Positions 49,515-57,881 of a DNA stretch of 64,000 nucleotides are shown piece after piece (the stretch's first letter is position 1; each line of letters begins with the position of its first letter). This DNA comes from Eubacteriales bacterium. GTDB taxonomy: Bacteria; Bacillota; Clostridia; Oscillospirales; CAG-272. The stretch is taken from positions 4,171 to 68,170 of the forward strand of contig JAZQGJ010000028.1 in NCBI GenBank assembly GCA_045539995.1. The letters are read 5' to 3'. A model generated the notes under the pieces. That model was not told where the DNA came from. It made no database searches and was given only the letters and a program-made list of their open reading frames with translations. The translations under genes and the position numbers were made by a program.

Positions 49515-50607
49515 GCGAAAAGATAAAAAAGAGTTTTTTGAAAAGTACTCATCGAACACCCTTGCGGGAAGCGGAAATCAGAGTGTATTTTGCCCAAAAA
49601 GCCAGGACGGGCTTAATGTAGGGCGCGTTTTCTTTAAGATTTATCACGGCGGAAGATATAACTATTCATTCCTGTTTACAAACATAATAGACTCTACCTA
49701 TTCCGACGGAAATATAAGCTGCTGTAATTTTGTCTGCGACGATTTCTATATAGAATATATAAGGGTAGGAGTCTGTCGTGAATGCTCACCTGATCACATG
49801 CCTGACGTTGCGCTTGTGAATGTCACTCTTAACGTCGCAAATTCAAGGCAGCTTTCCTCGGGTGAGTTCTTTTTTACCGATGAAACAGAGCTTGATGCGC
49901 AAACTGGAGAATATATTTGCGTAGAAATTGCCTTCAGAGGCAGAACGGTTCCTTATCACCCAGAGTCTGTATTACCCGCTTTCGTTCTTTCGGACGGGGA
50001 ATGGATAGTATCAACGAATCTTCCTTTTCCGTCAATGATAGGCTGTGACAGAAACGTAGGTCTGCGGATAGCATATTTGGGAGACTCTATAACGCAGGGC
50101 ATAGGTGTGCCGTATAATTCTTATAAGCATTGGAACGCATTGCTTTCGGATATGCTTTCTTTTGATAACGCCTATTGGAATCTTGGACTCGGTTACGCGA
50201 GAGCCTCTGATGCAGCAAGCGACGGAGCATGGCTCTTCAAGGCAAAGCAAAATGACCTTGTCATAGTTTGCCTCGGCGTAAACGATATTTTAATGGGCAG
50301 GAGCGCAGAGGAAATAATAAAAGACCTGTCACTTATTTGCAAGAATCTGAAGCAAGTCGGGATCAAGACGGTTTTTCAGACAATTCCGCCCTTTGACTAT
50401 AGTGAACGGCAAAAAGAAGTTTTCTTTGCCGTAAACGAATATATAAGAAAAGAAATTTCAAGGCAATGCCCTGTTTTCGATAACGTTCCGTATTTATGCG
50501 ACGCCTTGCGCGGAGAGCATACAGCTAAATATTGCTCTCACCCTAATGAAGAGGGTTCTCGCGTTTGGGCAGAGGCGTTTTTCCGTTTTTTAAATAATAT
50601 TCTGTAA
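49501..50607 (+). CDS. SGNH/GDSL hydrolase with an unassigned N-terminal domain of about 190 aa
   Basis: 368 aa. Block I IAYLGDSITQGIG, block III VIVCLGVNDI, block V CSHPNEEG. It overlaps the upstream gene by 14 nt. Confidence 0.7.
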   Translation: METSERKDKKEFFEKYSSNTLAGSGNQSVFCPKSQDGLNVGRVFFKIYHGGRYNYSFLFTNIIDSTYSDGNISCCNFVCDDFYIEYIRVGVCRECSPDHMPDVALVNVTLNVANSRQLSSGEFFFTDETELDAQTGEYICVEIAFRGRTVPYHPESVLPAFVLSDGEWIVSTNLPFPSMIGCDRNVGLRIAYLGDSITQGIGVPYNSYKHWNALLSDMLSFDNAYWNLGLGYARASDAASDGAWLFKAKQNDLVIVCLGVNDILMGRSAEEIIKDLSLICKNLKQVGIKTVFQTIPPFDYSERQKEVFFAVNEYIRKEISRQCPVFDNVPYLCDALRGEHTAKYCSHPNEEGSRVWAEAFFRFLNNIL

Positions 50608-50616
50608 ATAATTTCA

Positions 50617-50666
50617 CCCGAACCGACACTCTGCGATAAAACAGGCTGTCTGTTCGGGCGTTTTTA
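50617..50666 (+). terminator. Terminator hairpin between convergent genes
   Basis: CCCGAAC (50617-50623) pairs with GTTCGGG (50652-50658), with inner GACA/TGTC pairing, followed by CGTTTTTATT. Confidence 0.6.
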
Positions 50667-50671
50667 TTATA

Positions 50672-51532
50672 TCAGTCAAAGGTGATAGTATGGCGGCGGC
50701 TGAAATGCTTCCCGCTCTCGCATACGCTGATGTCTGCCTTGTGAGCGAGAATTCCGTCGAAGTCCTCTGCTTCGGGCGTTCCGTTCCACGGCTCAAAGCA
50801 AACGTATTTTGCGTCAGGCTTGGTCCAGATAAGAAAATGGTCAAAGCCGTCAAAATCCAAGCGAACCCTTCTACCGCTTTTTCTATGTAAAAGGGTAGCC
50901 GCATTGAAGTCCACGTTTATAAATACGAGAGCGTCGCACAGGAAGAAATCGCGCTTAAGCGGCAGCTCATTCTGATTTTCCATAATAAGCTCGGGTGATG
51001 TGGTGGTGTAGGTATAACCTAACTGATGATTGCGAAGAGTAACGTTTTTGTCGAATATCACCGAGTACTCCTCTATTCCCTCAGGAGTAGCGTACGCCTC
51101 GTGAGCGCCAAAATTGAAATACATTTTTTCATCTGAAAGGTTTTCTACACGGTATTCGGTCACTATAGAATTGCGGCAAAGCGTAAAGCTGACCACAAAA
51201 TTAAAATCGAAGGGGTACATTTCCTTTAACTTTTCGTTTGAGGAAAGGCAAAAAACCGCGTGGTCCTTTGATACTTCCTTTATTTCAAATTCGTTTCTTC
51301 TGGCGAAGCCGTGCATAGGCATATAATATTCCTTGCCGTTATGTACGTATTTGTCATTTGTGAGGTCGCTGCAAATAGGGAAAAGCACGGGCGCTCTTCC
51401 GTTCCATACGGCAGGATCGCCACACCAGAGCAGATCCTTTCCCTCTGAATTTTTTATACTGTGCAGCTCTGCGCCCATAGAATTTATCTCTACTTCGAGA
51501 AAGTCGTTTTTTATTGTTACTATTTCTGACAT
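50672..51532 (-). CDS. Aldose 1-epimerase family protein (LacX-like)
   Basis: 286 aa with GAELHSIKNSEGKDLLWCGDPAVWNGRAPVLFPI and MPMHGFARR. Confidence 0.75.
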   Translation of the reverse strand: MSEIVTIKNDFLEVEINSMGAELHSIKNSEGKDLLWCGDPAVWNGRAPVLFPICSDLTNDKYVHNGKEYYMPMHGFARRNEFEIKEVSKDHAVFCLSSNEKLKEMYPFDFNFVVSFTLCRNSIVTEYRVENLSDEKMYFNFGAHEAYATPEGIEEYSVIFDKNVTLRNHQLGYTYTTTSPELIMENQNELPLKRDFFLCDALVFINVDFNAATLLHRKSGRRVRLDFDGFDHFLIWTKPDAKYVCFEPWNGTPEAEDFDGILAHKADISVCESGKHFSRRHTITFD

Positions 51533-51736
51533 TTAAAAATTCCTTTTCTTAATTATTATCTACGTTGATATTTTATCATATATTTTTCTGAAAGTCACTA
51601 CTTTTTAATATATTTTTATATAAATTTCAAAATAACAAGAGAAAACCGTTGAGTTTTCAAATTACCTGTCTCAAGCCGAAGCAAAACAAACAGCGCCTAC
51701 GACAAACGCATTTAAGTTTATCATAAGCGCTCTTTT

Positions 51737-51892
51737 TTATAAAGGTTTTTCCTGCTTCTCTGTAGCTTTTTTGTCCTTTGGCGGCGTTGCTCCCGACTTC
51801 ATTTCGGTATGCGCGCGATTAGGCACGGTAGGGTCGGGGGCTGTAGTTGTGGGCTCGCCACCGTTGTTTTTTCTTTTGTTGCTTTTTTTCAT
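51737..51892 (-). CDS. Untracked small ORF (51 aa): basic, hydrophilic, Pro/Thr-rich; function unknown
   Basis: I translated it by hand as MKKSNKRKNNGGEPTTTAPDPTVPNRAHTEMKSGATPPKDKKATEKQEKPL. SD gaggtg lies 6 nt upstream of the ATG. It is below the ORF-track length cutoff. Confidence 0.4.
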   Translation of the reverse strand: MKKSNKRKNNGGEPTTTAPDPTVPNRAHTEMKSGATPPKDKKATEKQEKPL

Positions 51893-52073
51893 TTTATCAC
51901 CTCAAGCTCAGTGTTCCCATTCCTTGTAGTCACTATTCTTGAAAAAACCAAATATAAAAGCCGTTACAATGCTTCACTTTGAAAAGCAAATAATAACTTA
52001 AGTTTACTTTTTCACTATATTTAGTGAGTATTATACGGGTAAAATTTTTCTTGAAAAAAATTCCAAAAATATA

Positions 52074-52102
52074 TTGACAAAACAAAAAAACAATGCTATA
52101 CT
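52074..52102 (+). promoter_or_regulatory. SigmaA-type promoter for the GntR-ABC operon
   Basis: TTGACA (52074-52079), a 17-nt spacer, then TATACT (52097-52102). Confidence 0.65.
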
Positions 52103-52141
52103 GTATTACAGAGAATAGTACAGATATTACACTTAATACAG
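52101..52141 (+). promoter_or_regulatory. Candidate GntR/YtrA operator
   Basis: A perfect 8-bp inverted repeat: CTGTATTA (52101-52108) and TAATACAG (52134-52141). Direct TATTACA repeats lie at 52104-52110 and 52125-52131, 21 bp apart. The site overlaps the -10 and the expected transcription start. Confidence 0.5.
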
Positions 52142-52153
52142 AAAGGAGAAAAA

Positions 52154-52543
52154 ATGAGTCTTATTAGCGTGGATTTACGAAGCAGAACACCTATTTTTGA
52201 GCAGATAGTCTCCTGTGTTGAAGCGCTTGTGCTTCGTGGACTGATGAAGCCCGACGAGCAGCTACCGTCTGTAAGAAGCCTGGCGTCAGAGCTTGGTATA
52301 AACCCGAATACTATACAGAAGGCGTATGCCGAGCTTGAAAATCGAGGGATAATATATTCTCTTAACGCAAGAGGGAACTTTGTCAGCTCTGAAATAGGAG
52401 AATTGAGAGAAAGAAGCAAGGCGCAGCTTATGAAAAGCATAAAAGAGCAATTATGCGAGGCTGAGAAGCTCAGAATAAGCAAGAGTGACTTAGAAGCGCT
52501 CTTAAATGAAGTATGGGGGGACAAAAATGATACAAATTCTTAA
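52154..52543 (+). CDS. GntR-family transcriptional regulator, short YtrA subfamily
   Basis: 129 aa with the winged-HTH LPSVRSLASELGINPNTIQKAYAELENRG and only a short C-terminal helical tail. Confidence 0.85.
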   Translation: MSLISVDLRSRTPIFEQIVSCVEALVLRGLMKPDEQLPSVRSLASELGINPNTIQKAYAELENRGIIYSLNARGNFVSSEIGELRERSKAQLMKSIKEQLCEAEKLRISKSDLEALLNEVWGDKNDTNS

Positions 52544-53426
52544 CGTAGATAAATATTACGACAAATACCTGTCGCTCGATTCTGCCTGCGCCGAGATAAA
52601 GCGTGGAACAATTTTCGGACTTGTGGGTAGCAACGGAAGCGGAAAGAGTACGCTTTTACGAATTATGAGTGGAGTTTTCAAGCCCGAAAAGGGAAGCGTT
52701 CTTTATGACGGAAAGGACGTTTTCGAAAATCCCGAGGTGAAAAAGAGAGTCCTCTATCTTTCAGACGAGCAGTATTATTTTCAGTATGCGACGCTAAACG
52801 ATATGAAGGACCTTTATAAAAGCGTCTACGAGAGCTTTGACGATGGAAAGTATAAAAAGCTGTGCAATCTTTTCGCTCTGAATCCCACACGCAAGATAAG
52901 CACCTTTTCAAAGGGAATGAAAAAGCAGGCGGCGTTTTTACTCGCTCTTTCCTGCCGTCCCGATTATCTTCTCTGCGACGAGACCTTTGACGGACTTGAC
53001 CCCGTTATGAGAAATTTAGTAAAGCGAATAGTTGCCGACGAGGCGGCAGAACGGGGAATGACTACTATAATAGCCTCGCACAATCTTCGTGAGCTTGAGG
53101 ACATATGCGATCACATCGCCTTGATACATAAGGCGCGCATCGTTTTTGTCAGCGATATCGACACAATGAAGGATAATATGCATACAGTGCAGGCGGTGGT
53201 TTCTGAAAGCTTCAGCCCCGAAGCTCTGTCAGGGCTTAAGTTTACGGGATACAAGCGCAGAGGAAGTATGGTGAGCTTCGTCTGCAGAGGAAGCAAAGAG
53301 GAGATAAACGAGCATATGGAGAAGCTTTCTCCCGAGTTTTATGAGCTTATCCCCTTGACGCTTGAGGAAATATTTATAAGTGAAATGGAGGAAAGAGGAT
53401 ATGACAGCTCTAAAACGGATATCTGA
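52527..53426 (+). CDS. ABC transporter ATP-binding protein
   Basis: I moved the start to the ATG at 52527 (SD gggggg). Walker A GLVGSNGSGKSTLLRIM, FSKGMKKQAAF, Walker B LLCDETFDGLD. Confidence 0.85.
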   Translation: MIQILNVDKYYDKYLSLDSACAEIKRGTIFGLVGSNGSGKSTLLRIMSGVFKPEKGSVLYDGKDVFENPEVKKRVLYLSDEQYYFQYATLNDMKDLYKSVYESFDDGKYKKLCNLFALNPTRKISTFSKGMKKQAAFLLALSCRPDYLLCDETFDGLDPVMRNLVKRIVADEAAERGMTTIIASHNLRELEDICDHIALIHKARIVFVSDIDTMKDNMHTVQAVVSESFSPEALSGLKFTGYKRRGSMVSFVCRGSKEEINEHMEKLSPEFYELIPLTLEEIFISEMEERGYDSSKTDI

Positions 53427-55362
53427 GTTTTTTTCACTCAAGTATTATAAAAATTTAATGAAGCGCAGCTGGTCTCATTCATTTATCTGCGCCGTAGTTC
53501 TTTTTCTTGCTATGCCCGTCTCGACTCTAATAAATATAAATAATGTTACGGACAGAGAATGGACGTATGTTAAAAAGATTGAAAGAATAACAGACGCTTT
53601 ATCTGAGAGCTTTCAGTTTATCTGGATATTTCTCTCTATTGCCGCGGCTGTATTCGGCGGAATTCTGCTTATGAATTTCCTCTCTGACAGAAAAAAGGCG
53701 TATCTCTACCATAGCTTCCCCATAAAGAGAAAGACGCATTATTTCTGTCATATCGCTTCCTGCGCAAGTGATTTTCTTATCGCTTTTATATTTAATGTCC
53801 TGCTGACCGTCGGCGTATTTATGGCGACAGGCGTAGCGAACGGTGAGGTTATTTCCGCGTTTTTCTCGTCTGTGGGAATAGCGTTCGTTTACTATATTCT
53901 CGCTTTGTCGCTTACCGTGCTTGCCTTGACTCTTACAGGTCAGACGAGCGCCGTCTTTCTTGTATTGCTCGCGATTGCCTTCCTGCCTATAGGAATTTAT
54001 TTCTCGGCTGTACAGCTCTTCGACTTCCACGAGTCATACGTCTATTTCGAGCATTTTTATAGCGCCGAGATAGTAACGAGGCTTTCAGCGCCTATAAGAC
54101 TCTTTTATCTCTTATCCTATGAAGTGCCCTACACCTTCAAGGAAGCCATAGTCACTCTGATAGTATCCTGTCTCATTTTCATAGGGGCTTATTATATCTA
54201 CAAGCGCAGAAAAATAGAAAGCGCGGGAACGCCCATAGTATCCTTTGCGCTGGGCGAGGCTTTAAAATATATGTTCCTCTTTGTCGGAACCTTCTTTCTC
54301 GGATGGATGTTCTATTCCATAGGTGACAACAGCTATTTCTGGCTAATATTCGGATTTATATTCGGCGCGTTTCTTGTGTTTATCTTCTTTAATCTGTTCC
54401 TGTACCGAAGCCCGAGAAAAATGTTTTACGGCATAAAATGGCTCTGCTTGTTTATTGCATTGTTTCTTATTTTCTTTGCGCTGACCTTTCTCAGCACGGG
54501 AAAAAATATTCCCGACGCTGAAAAGCTTGATAGCGTAGACGTCTATATAAGCGGAAACAAGTATACCTTTGAAGAGGAAGAAAATATAGAAGAGCTGGTA
54601 CGCTTTTCGAGAAATATGATAGCAGAGGTGGAATATAACGGAATTCATAGCTACAGGCAGAGAATATTCTTCAACAGAAAGCTGTTTTTCCCTGCGGGGC
54701 GTTACGTGCCTACCGTCAGAGGAGTGGAGGAACGTAAACTTTTGTTAACGTTAATGTATAGCGAGGAGTATATCGAGCAGCTTGAGGAGATGCTCGAGGA
54801 TGAGCTTGGTTATACGAGCGACTATTCTAAGCAATACGTAAATATAGACGATTACGGATATTATGAATACAGAGATGGTAAAGGAGACATTATAGTAAAC
54901 CGAAACGAGTTTATTCGCGCGGCGTTAAAGGATATAGGAAATCCGAACAGATATGACGGGCAGTACGTAGGCACGGTTTATCTTCACGGTCTCACCTTTG
55001 AGATGTATACCACCGATTTAAATTGTCTCGCCGTTAATCTGTATGAGTCCTCATATGCCTTAAAGGATGTGCTTGACGAAATAGACGAAAAGAATAAAAA
55101 GTCGATAGAAAAGATAACCGTCACAGATACCGATACGGGAGAGGTGAGGTCGTATACGGGAGATGACGCGTGGGAAATATATAGCTGTTGCGTCTCTCGC
55201 TCGCATTATGACGTATCCTATACGTCGGTGCATCCTAACTGCGATTATAAATACGAAATAGAGATTTATTACAGGAGTAATAACGATAGCTTCGTCACAA
55301 GCTACTCAAACCGTTTCATAAACGAAAAAATTCCTCTCTTTATCTTAAACGATTTTAAATAA
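53401..55362 (+). CDS. ABC-2-like polytopic membrane protein with a soluble C-terminal domain of about 270 aa; function unknown
   Basis: I moved the start to the ATG at 53401 (SD ggagg). There are at least 10 hydrophobic segments over roughly 370 aa. The C-terminal region is Tyr/Glu/Asp-rich with no recognisable motif. Confidence 0.65.
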   Translation: MTALKRISEFFSLKYYKNLMKRSWSHSFICAVVLFLAMPVSTLININNVTDREWTYVKKIERITDALSESFQFIWIFLSIAAAVFGGILLMNFLSDRKKAYLYHSFPIKRKTHYFCHIASCASDFLIAFIFNVLLTVGVFMATGVANGEVISAFFSSVGIAFVYYILALSLTVLALTLTGQTSAVFLVLLAIAFLPIGIYFSAVQLFDFHESYVYFEHFYSAEIVTRLSAPIRLFYLLSYEVPYTFKEAIVTLIVSCLIFIGAYYIYKRRKIESAGTPIVSFALGEALKYMFLFVGTFFLGWMFYSIGDNSYFWLIFGFIFGAFLVFIFFNLFLYRSPRKMFYGIKWLCLFIALFLIFFALTFLSTGKNIPDAEKLDSVDVYISGNKYTFEEEENIEELVRFSRNMIAEVEYNGIHSYRQRIFFNRKLFFPAGRYVPTVRGVEERKLLLTLMYSEEYIEQLEEMLEDELGYTSDYSKQYVNIDDYGYYEYRDGKGDIIVNRNEFIRAALKDIGNPNRYDGQYVGTVYLHGLTFEMYTTDLNCLAVNLYESSYALKDVLDEIDEKNKKSIEKITVTDTDTGEVRSYTGDDAWEIYSCCVSRSHYDVSYTSVHPNCDYKYEIEIYYRSNNDSFVTSYSNRFINEKIPLFILNDFK

Positions 55363-55438
55363 AAGCATCACACTTTTTATTTTGACGCATAGTATGATAG
55401 CGTAGGGCAGAGCCCACAAAAAAACGGAGGAATACATT

Positions 55439-55540
55439 ATGAATAACAATTGTCTTTGCCATCTTTTTGATGATAACTGTACCTGGATCATCATTATAGC
55501 GCTCATCATACTCTTTTGCTGCTGCTGCGGCGGTTGCTGA
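55439..55540 (+). CDS. Untracked 33-aa Cys-rich single-TM peptide
   Basis: I translated it by hand as MNNNCLCHLFDDNCTWIIIIALIILFCCCCGGC (8 Cys). SD acggagg ends 8 nt before the ATG. Hairpins follow it. Confidence 0.5.
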   Translation: MNNNCLCHLFDDNCTWIIIIALIILFCCCCGGC

Positions 55541-55591
55541 ATGAAGTGACGGCTATCGCTTCAGAATAGCCGTTTGATGCGTATGAGAAAG

Positions 55592-55632
55592 ACCGATTAT
55601 GAAGCCAAAAAAGCTGCATAGTCGGTTTTTTA
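55592..55632 (+). terminator. Rho-independent terminator after the small Cys-rich ORF
   Basis: ACCGATTATG (55592-55601) pairs with CATAGTCGGT (55617-55626, one G-U pair), followed by TTTTT. A smaller hairpin (ACGGCTAT / ATAGCCGT) lies at 55549-55573. Confidence 0.65.
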
Positions 55633-55693
55633 CATATTTTTTGAGAGTGCTGCATACTATTGAATGATAAATTTAAAATATGGGGGAAAAAGT

Positions 55694-56176
55694 ATGTTTA
55701 TTTATTCTGTAAGAGCAGCTACGTTAAAATTCTTCGGCGCTGTCGCTCTTTCGCTTGTAGTTCTTATCGCTCTTTTCGCTTTGATTCAGCCTACGAGTAT
55801 TGCCGTCGGAGGCGAGGTCTATACGGAAGCGGCAAATTATTCGGGAATAAAAAGCGAGGATGACAGAGTGTCGTTTCTGTCTCGCTACGGCTGGGAGGTA
55901 AGCGGCGCGCCTATATCGGAAAAGACCTTTACCCTGCCGGAAAGCTTTGACAGAGTCCTTATCGGCTATAACGAGCTTCAGAAGGAGCAGGGGCTTGATC
56001 TCTCAAAATATAAAAAGAAAAAGGTGACGAGATACACCTATGAAATTACCAATTATCCCGACTACGAGGAAAAGGTGTATGCAAATCTTATAATCTATAA
56101 AAACAAGGTAATTTCAGCCGACATATGCTCTGCCGATCCCGACGGCTTCGTTCACGGTCTTAAAAAGGACAGATAA
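55694..56176 (+). CDS. DUF4830-domain protein
   Basis: I moved the start to the ATG at 55694 (SD ggggga). N-terminal TM, then FLSRYGWEV...LGYNELQKEQGLDLSKYKKKKVTRYTYEITNYP...DGFVHG. Confidence 0.75.
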   Translation: MFIYSVRAATLKFFGAVALSLVVLIALFALIQPTSIAVGGEVYTEAANYSGIKSEDDRVSFLSRYGWEVSGAPISEKTFTLPESFDRVLIGYNELQKEQGLDLSKYKKKKVTRYTYEITNYPDYEEKVYANLIIYKNKVISADICSADPDGFVHGLKKDR

Positions 56177-56198
56177 GCGTATTTGACGGATAAAAAAT

Positions 56199-57743
56199 AT
56201 GAAGAATAATAAAAGACTTTTGAAATTTATCTATAACGGGCTTGTCCTCACCGTAGCCGCCATAATTATGCGTACGGTCTCTGTTTCCTTCAACGCCTAC
56301 GTAACTGCGAGAGTAGGCGCTGAGGGCATAGGACTCTTTACGCTAACCCTAAGCATTTACGGCTTCGCCGTTACCTTTGCTACATCGGGCGTGAATTTGG
56401 CGTCAACCCGTCTTATAGCGGAGGCAATGGCGAGAGAGGACGGGAGAGGGGCGAAAAAGGCGCTGAGAGCCTGTCTTATCTACTCATTTATTTTTGGCTC
56501 GCTCTCATCGCTTTGTCTCTTTTTTGGCGCAGAGTTTATAGGGAGATCCTTGCTTTCGGACGTAAGAACGATACCGTCCTTGCGCTTGCTTTCATTAAGT
56601 CTTGTTCCCATTTCGCTCTCCTCAAGCTTGAACGGATACTTTACCGCAGTACGCAGGGTATCAAAAAATGCCGCCTGTCAGCTTTTTGAACAGGCGCTTA
56701 AAATTACCGTTACGGCATACGCCCTCTCGCTTTTTTTGCCTAAAGGCATTGTCTATTCCTGTATGGCGTTGGTCGGCGGTGGAGCCGTAGCCGAATTTGG
56801 CTCTTTTTTCTTTTTGCTTTTGGAGTATATAGTAGACAGGCATATTCACGGCAAAGAGCTTCCCGTATCTTTTTCCGAAAAGAATAAAAAAACAAGAGTC
56901 GTAAGAGAGCTTTTATTCATATCTATACCCGTTGCGCTCAGCGCGTACGTGCGTTCAGCGCTTGTTACTGTAGAGCATATTCTTATACCGAAAACACTCT
57001 CGGAGAGTGGCGCTTCAAGAGGCGCGGCGCTCGCTTCATACGGAAAATTGCACAGTATGGCTTTACCTATCGTGCTTTATCCTATGGCGGCGCTTTCGGC
57101 ATTTGCAGGGCTTCTTATCCCCGAATTTGCCGAAAAAACTGCCGAAAAGGATGAAAAGGCGCTCTCTGATATGGCGCAGAACGCAATACACTATACTCTC
57201 ATTTTTTCTCTCGGCTGCGCGGGCATTTTAGCCGTTTTCGGCGCGCCTCTCGGCGCTTTGATATATAATTCACGCGAAGCAGGCTTGTATATATCCCTGC
57301 TTTCGCCTGTCATTCCCGTAATGTACCTTGATCACGTGACCGACGCTATGCTGAAGGGGATCGGGCGTCAGGTGTATTCTATGGTGGTGAACATTTCCGA
57401 CTCTATTCTCAGTATCCTGCTCGTACTGCTCATTCTTCCGAGAATGGGGGCAGTGGGCTACGTGCTCGTGATCATCATAGCAGAGGTGTTTAATTTTTCC
57501 TTAAGCATTACAGGTCTTACGGGCGCGCTTTCTGTTAAGCTCGATTTTGTGCGTTCGCTTCTGCTTCCGCTTTCCGCAGCTTTTGCGTCGGGCGCCGTTT
57601 GCCGACGGCTGCCTCTTGGCGAAAACGCCCTTGGGCTGTGCGTGAAAATTATCCTTTGCGTTCTTCTATATCTTTTTGCCGTAATTTTGTCCGAAAAAGC
57701 CTTTTCTAAGAGAAAAATCAAAAAAAGAAAAATATGCACTTAA
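56199..57743 (+). CDS. spoVB: MOP-superfamily flippase, stage V sporulation protein B-like
   Basis: 514 aa with about 14 TM segments. N-terminal LTVAAIIMRTVSVSFNAYVTARVGAEGIGLF is typical of the SpoVB/MurJ-like family. The DUF4830 neighbour is a common arrangement. Confidence 0.7.
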   Translation: MKNNKRLLKFIYNGLVLTVAAIIMRTVSVSFNAYVTARVGAEGIGLFTLTLSIYGFAVTFATSGVNLASTRLIAEAMAREDGRGAKKALRACLIYSFIFGSLSSLCLFFGAEFIGRSLLSDVRTIPSLRLLSLSLVPISLSSSLNGYFTAVRRVSKNAACQLFEQALKITVTAYALSLFLPKGIVYSCMALVGGGAVAEFGSFFFLLLEYIVDRHIHGKELPVSFSEKNKKTRVVRELLFISIPVALSAYVRSALVTVEHILIPKTLSESGASRGAALASYGKLHSMALPIVLYPMAALSAFAGLLIPEFAEKTAEKDEKALSDMAQNAIHYTLIFSLGCAGILAVFGAPLGALIYNSREAGLYISLLSPVIPVMYLDHVTDAMLKGIGRQVYSMVVNISDSILSILLVLLILPRMGAVGYVLVIIIAEVFNFSLSITGLTGALSVKLDFVRSLLLPLSAAFASGAVCRRLPLGENALGLCVKIILCVLLYLFAVILSEKAFSKRKIKKRKICT

Positions 57744-57788
57744 TGCTTTTTTTGCATAGTTTTACACTCTTTTATTTTGTGTTTGCTA

Positions 57789-57817
57789 TTGACTTTTGTT
57801 GAAATTTGCTGTATAAT
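57789..57817 (+). promoter_or_regulatory. SigmaA-type promoter for the CNNM pair
   Basis: TTGACT (57789-57794), a 17-nt spacer, then TATAAT (57812-57817). Confidence 0.6.
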
Positions 57818-57881
57818 ACGGTATATGCTATGATACCCGAAGCATATATTTCACAGAATAAAGGAGTGTGGTTTACAACTC

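Noticed and set aside
57818-57881. Possible M-box or other metal riboswitch upstream of the CNNM genes
   Set aside because: The leader is only about 64 nt, far shorter than an M-box. I report only small alternative hairpins, as a low-interest finding.
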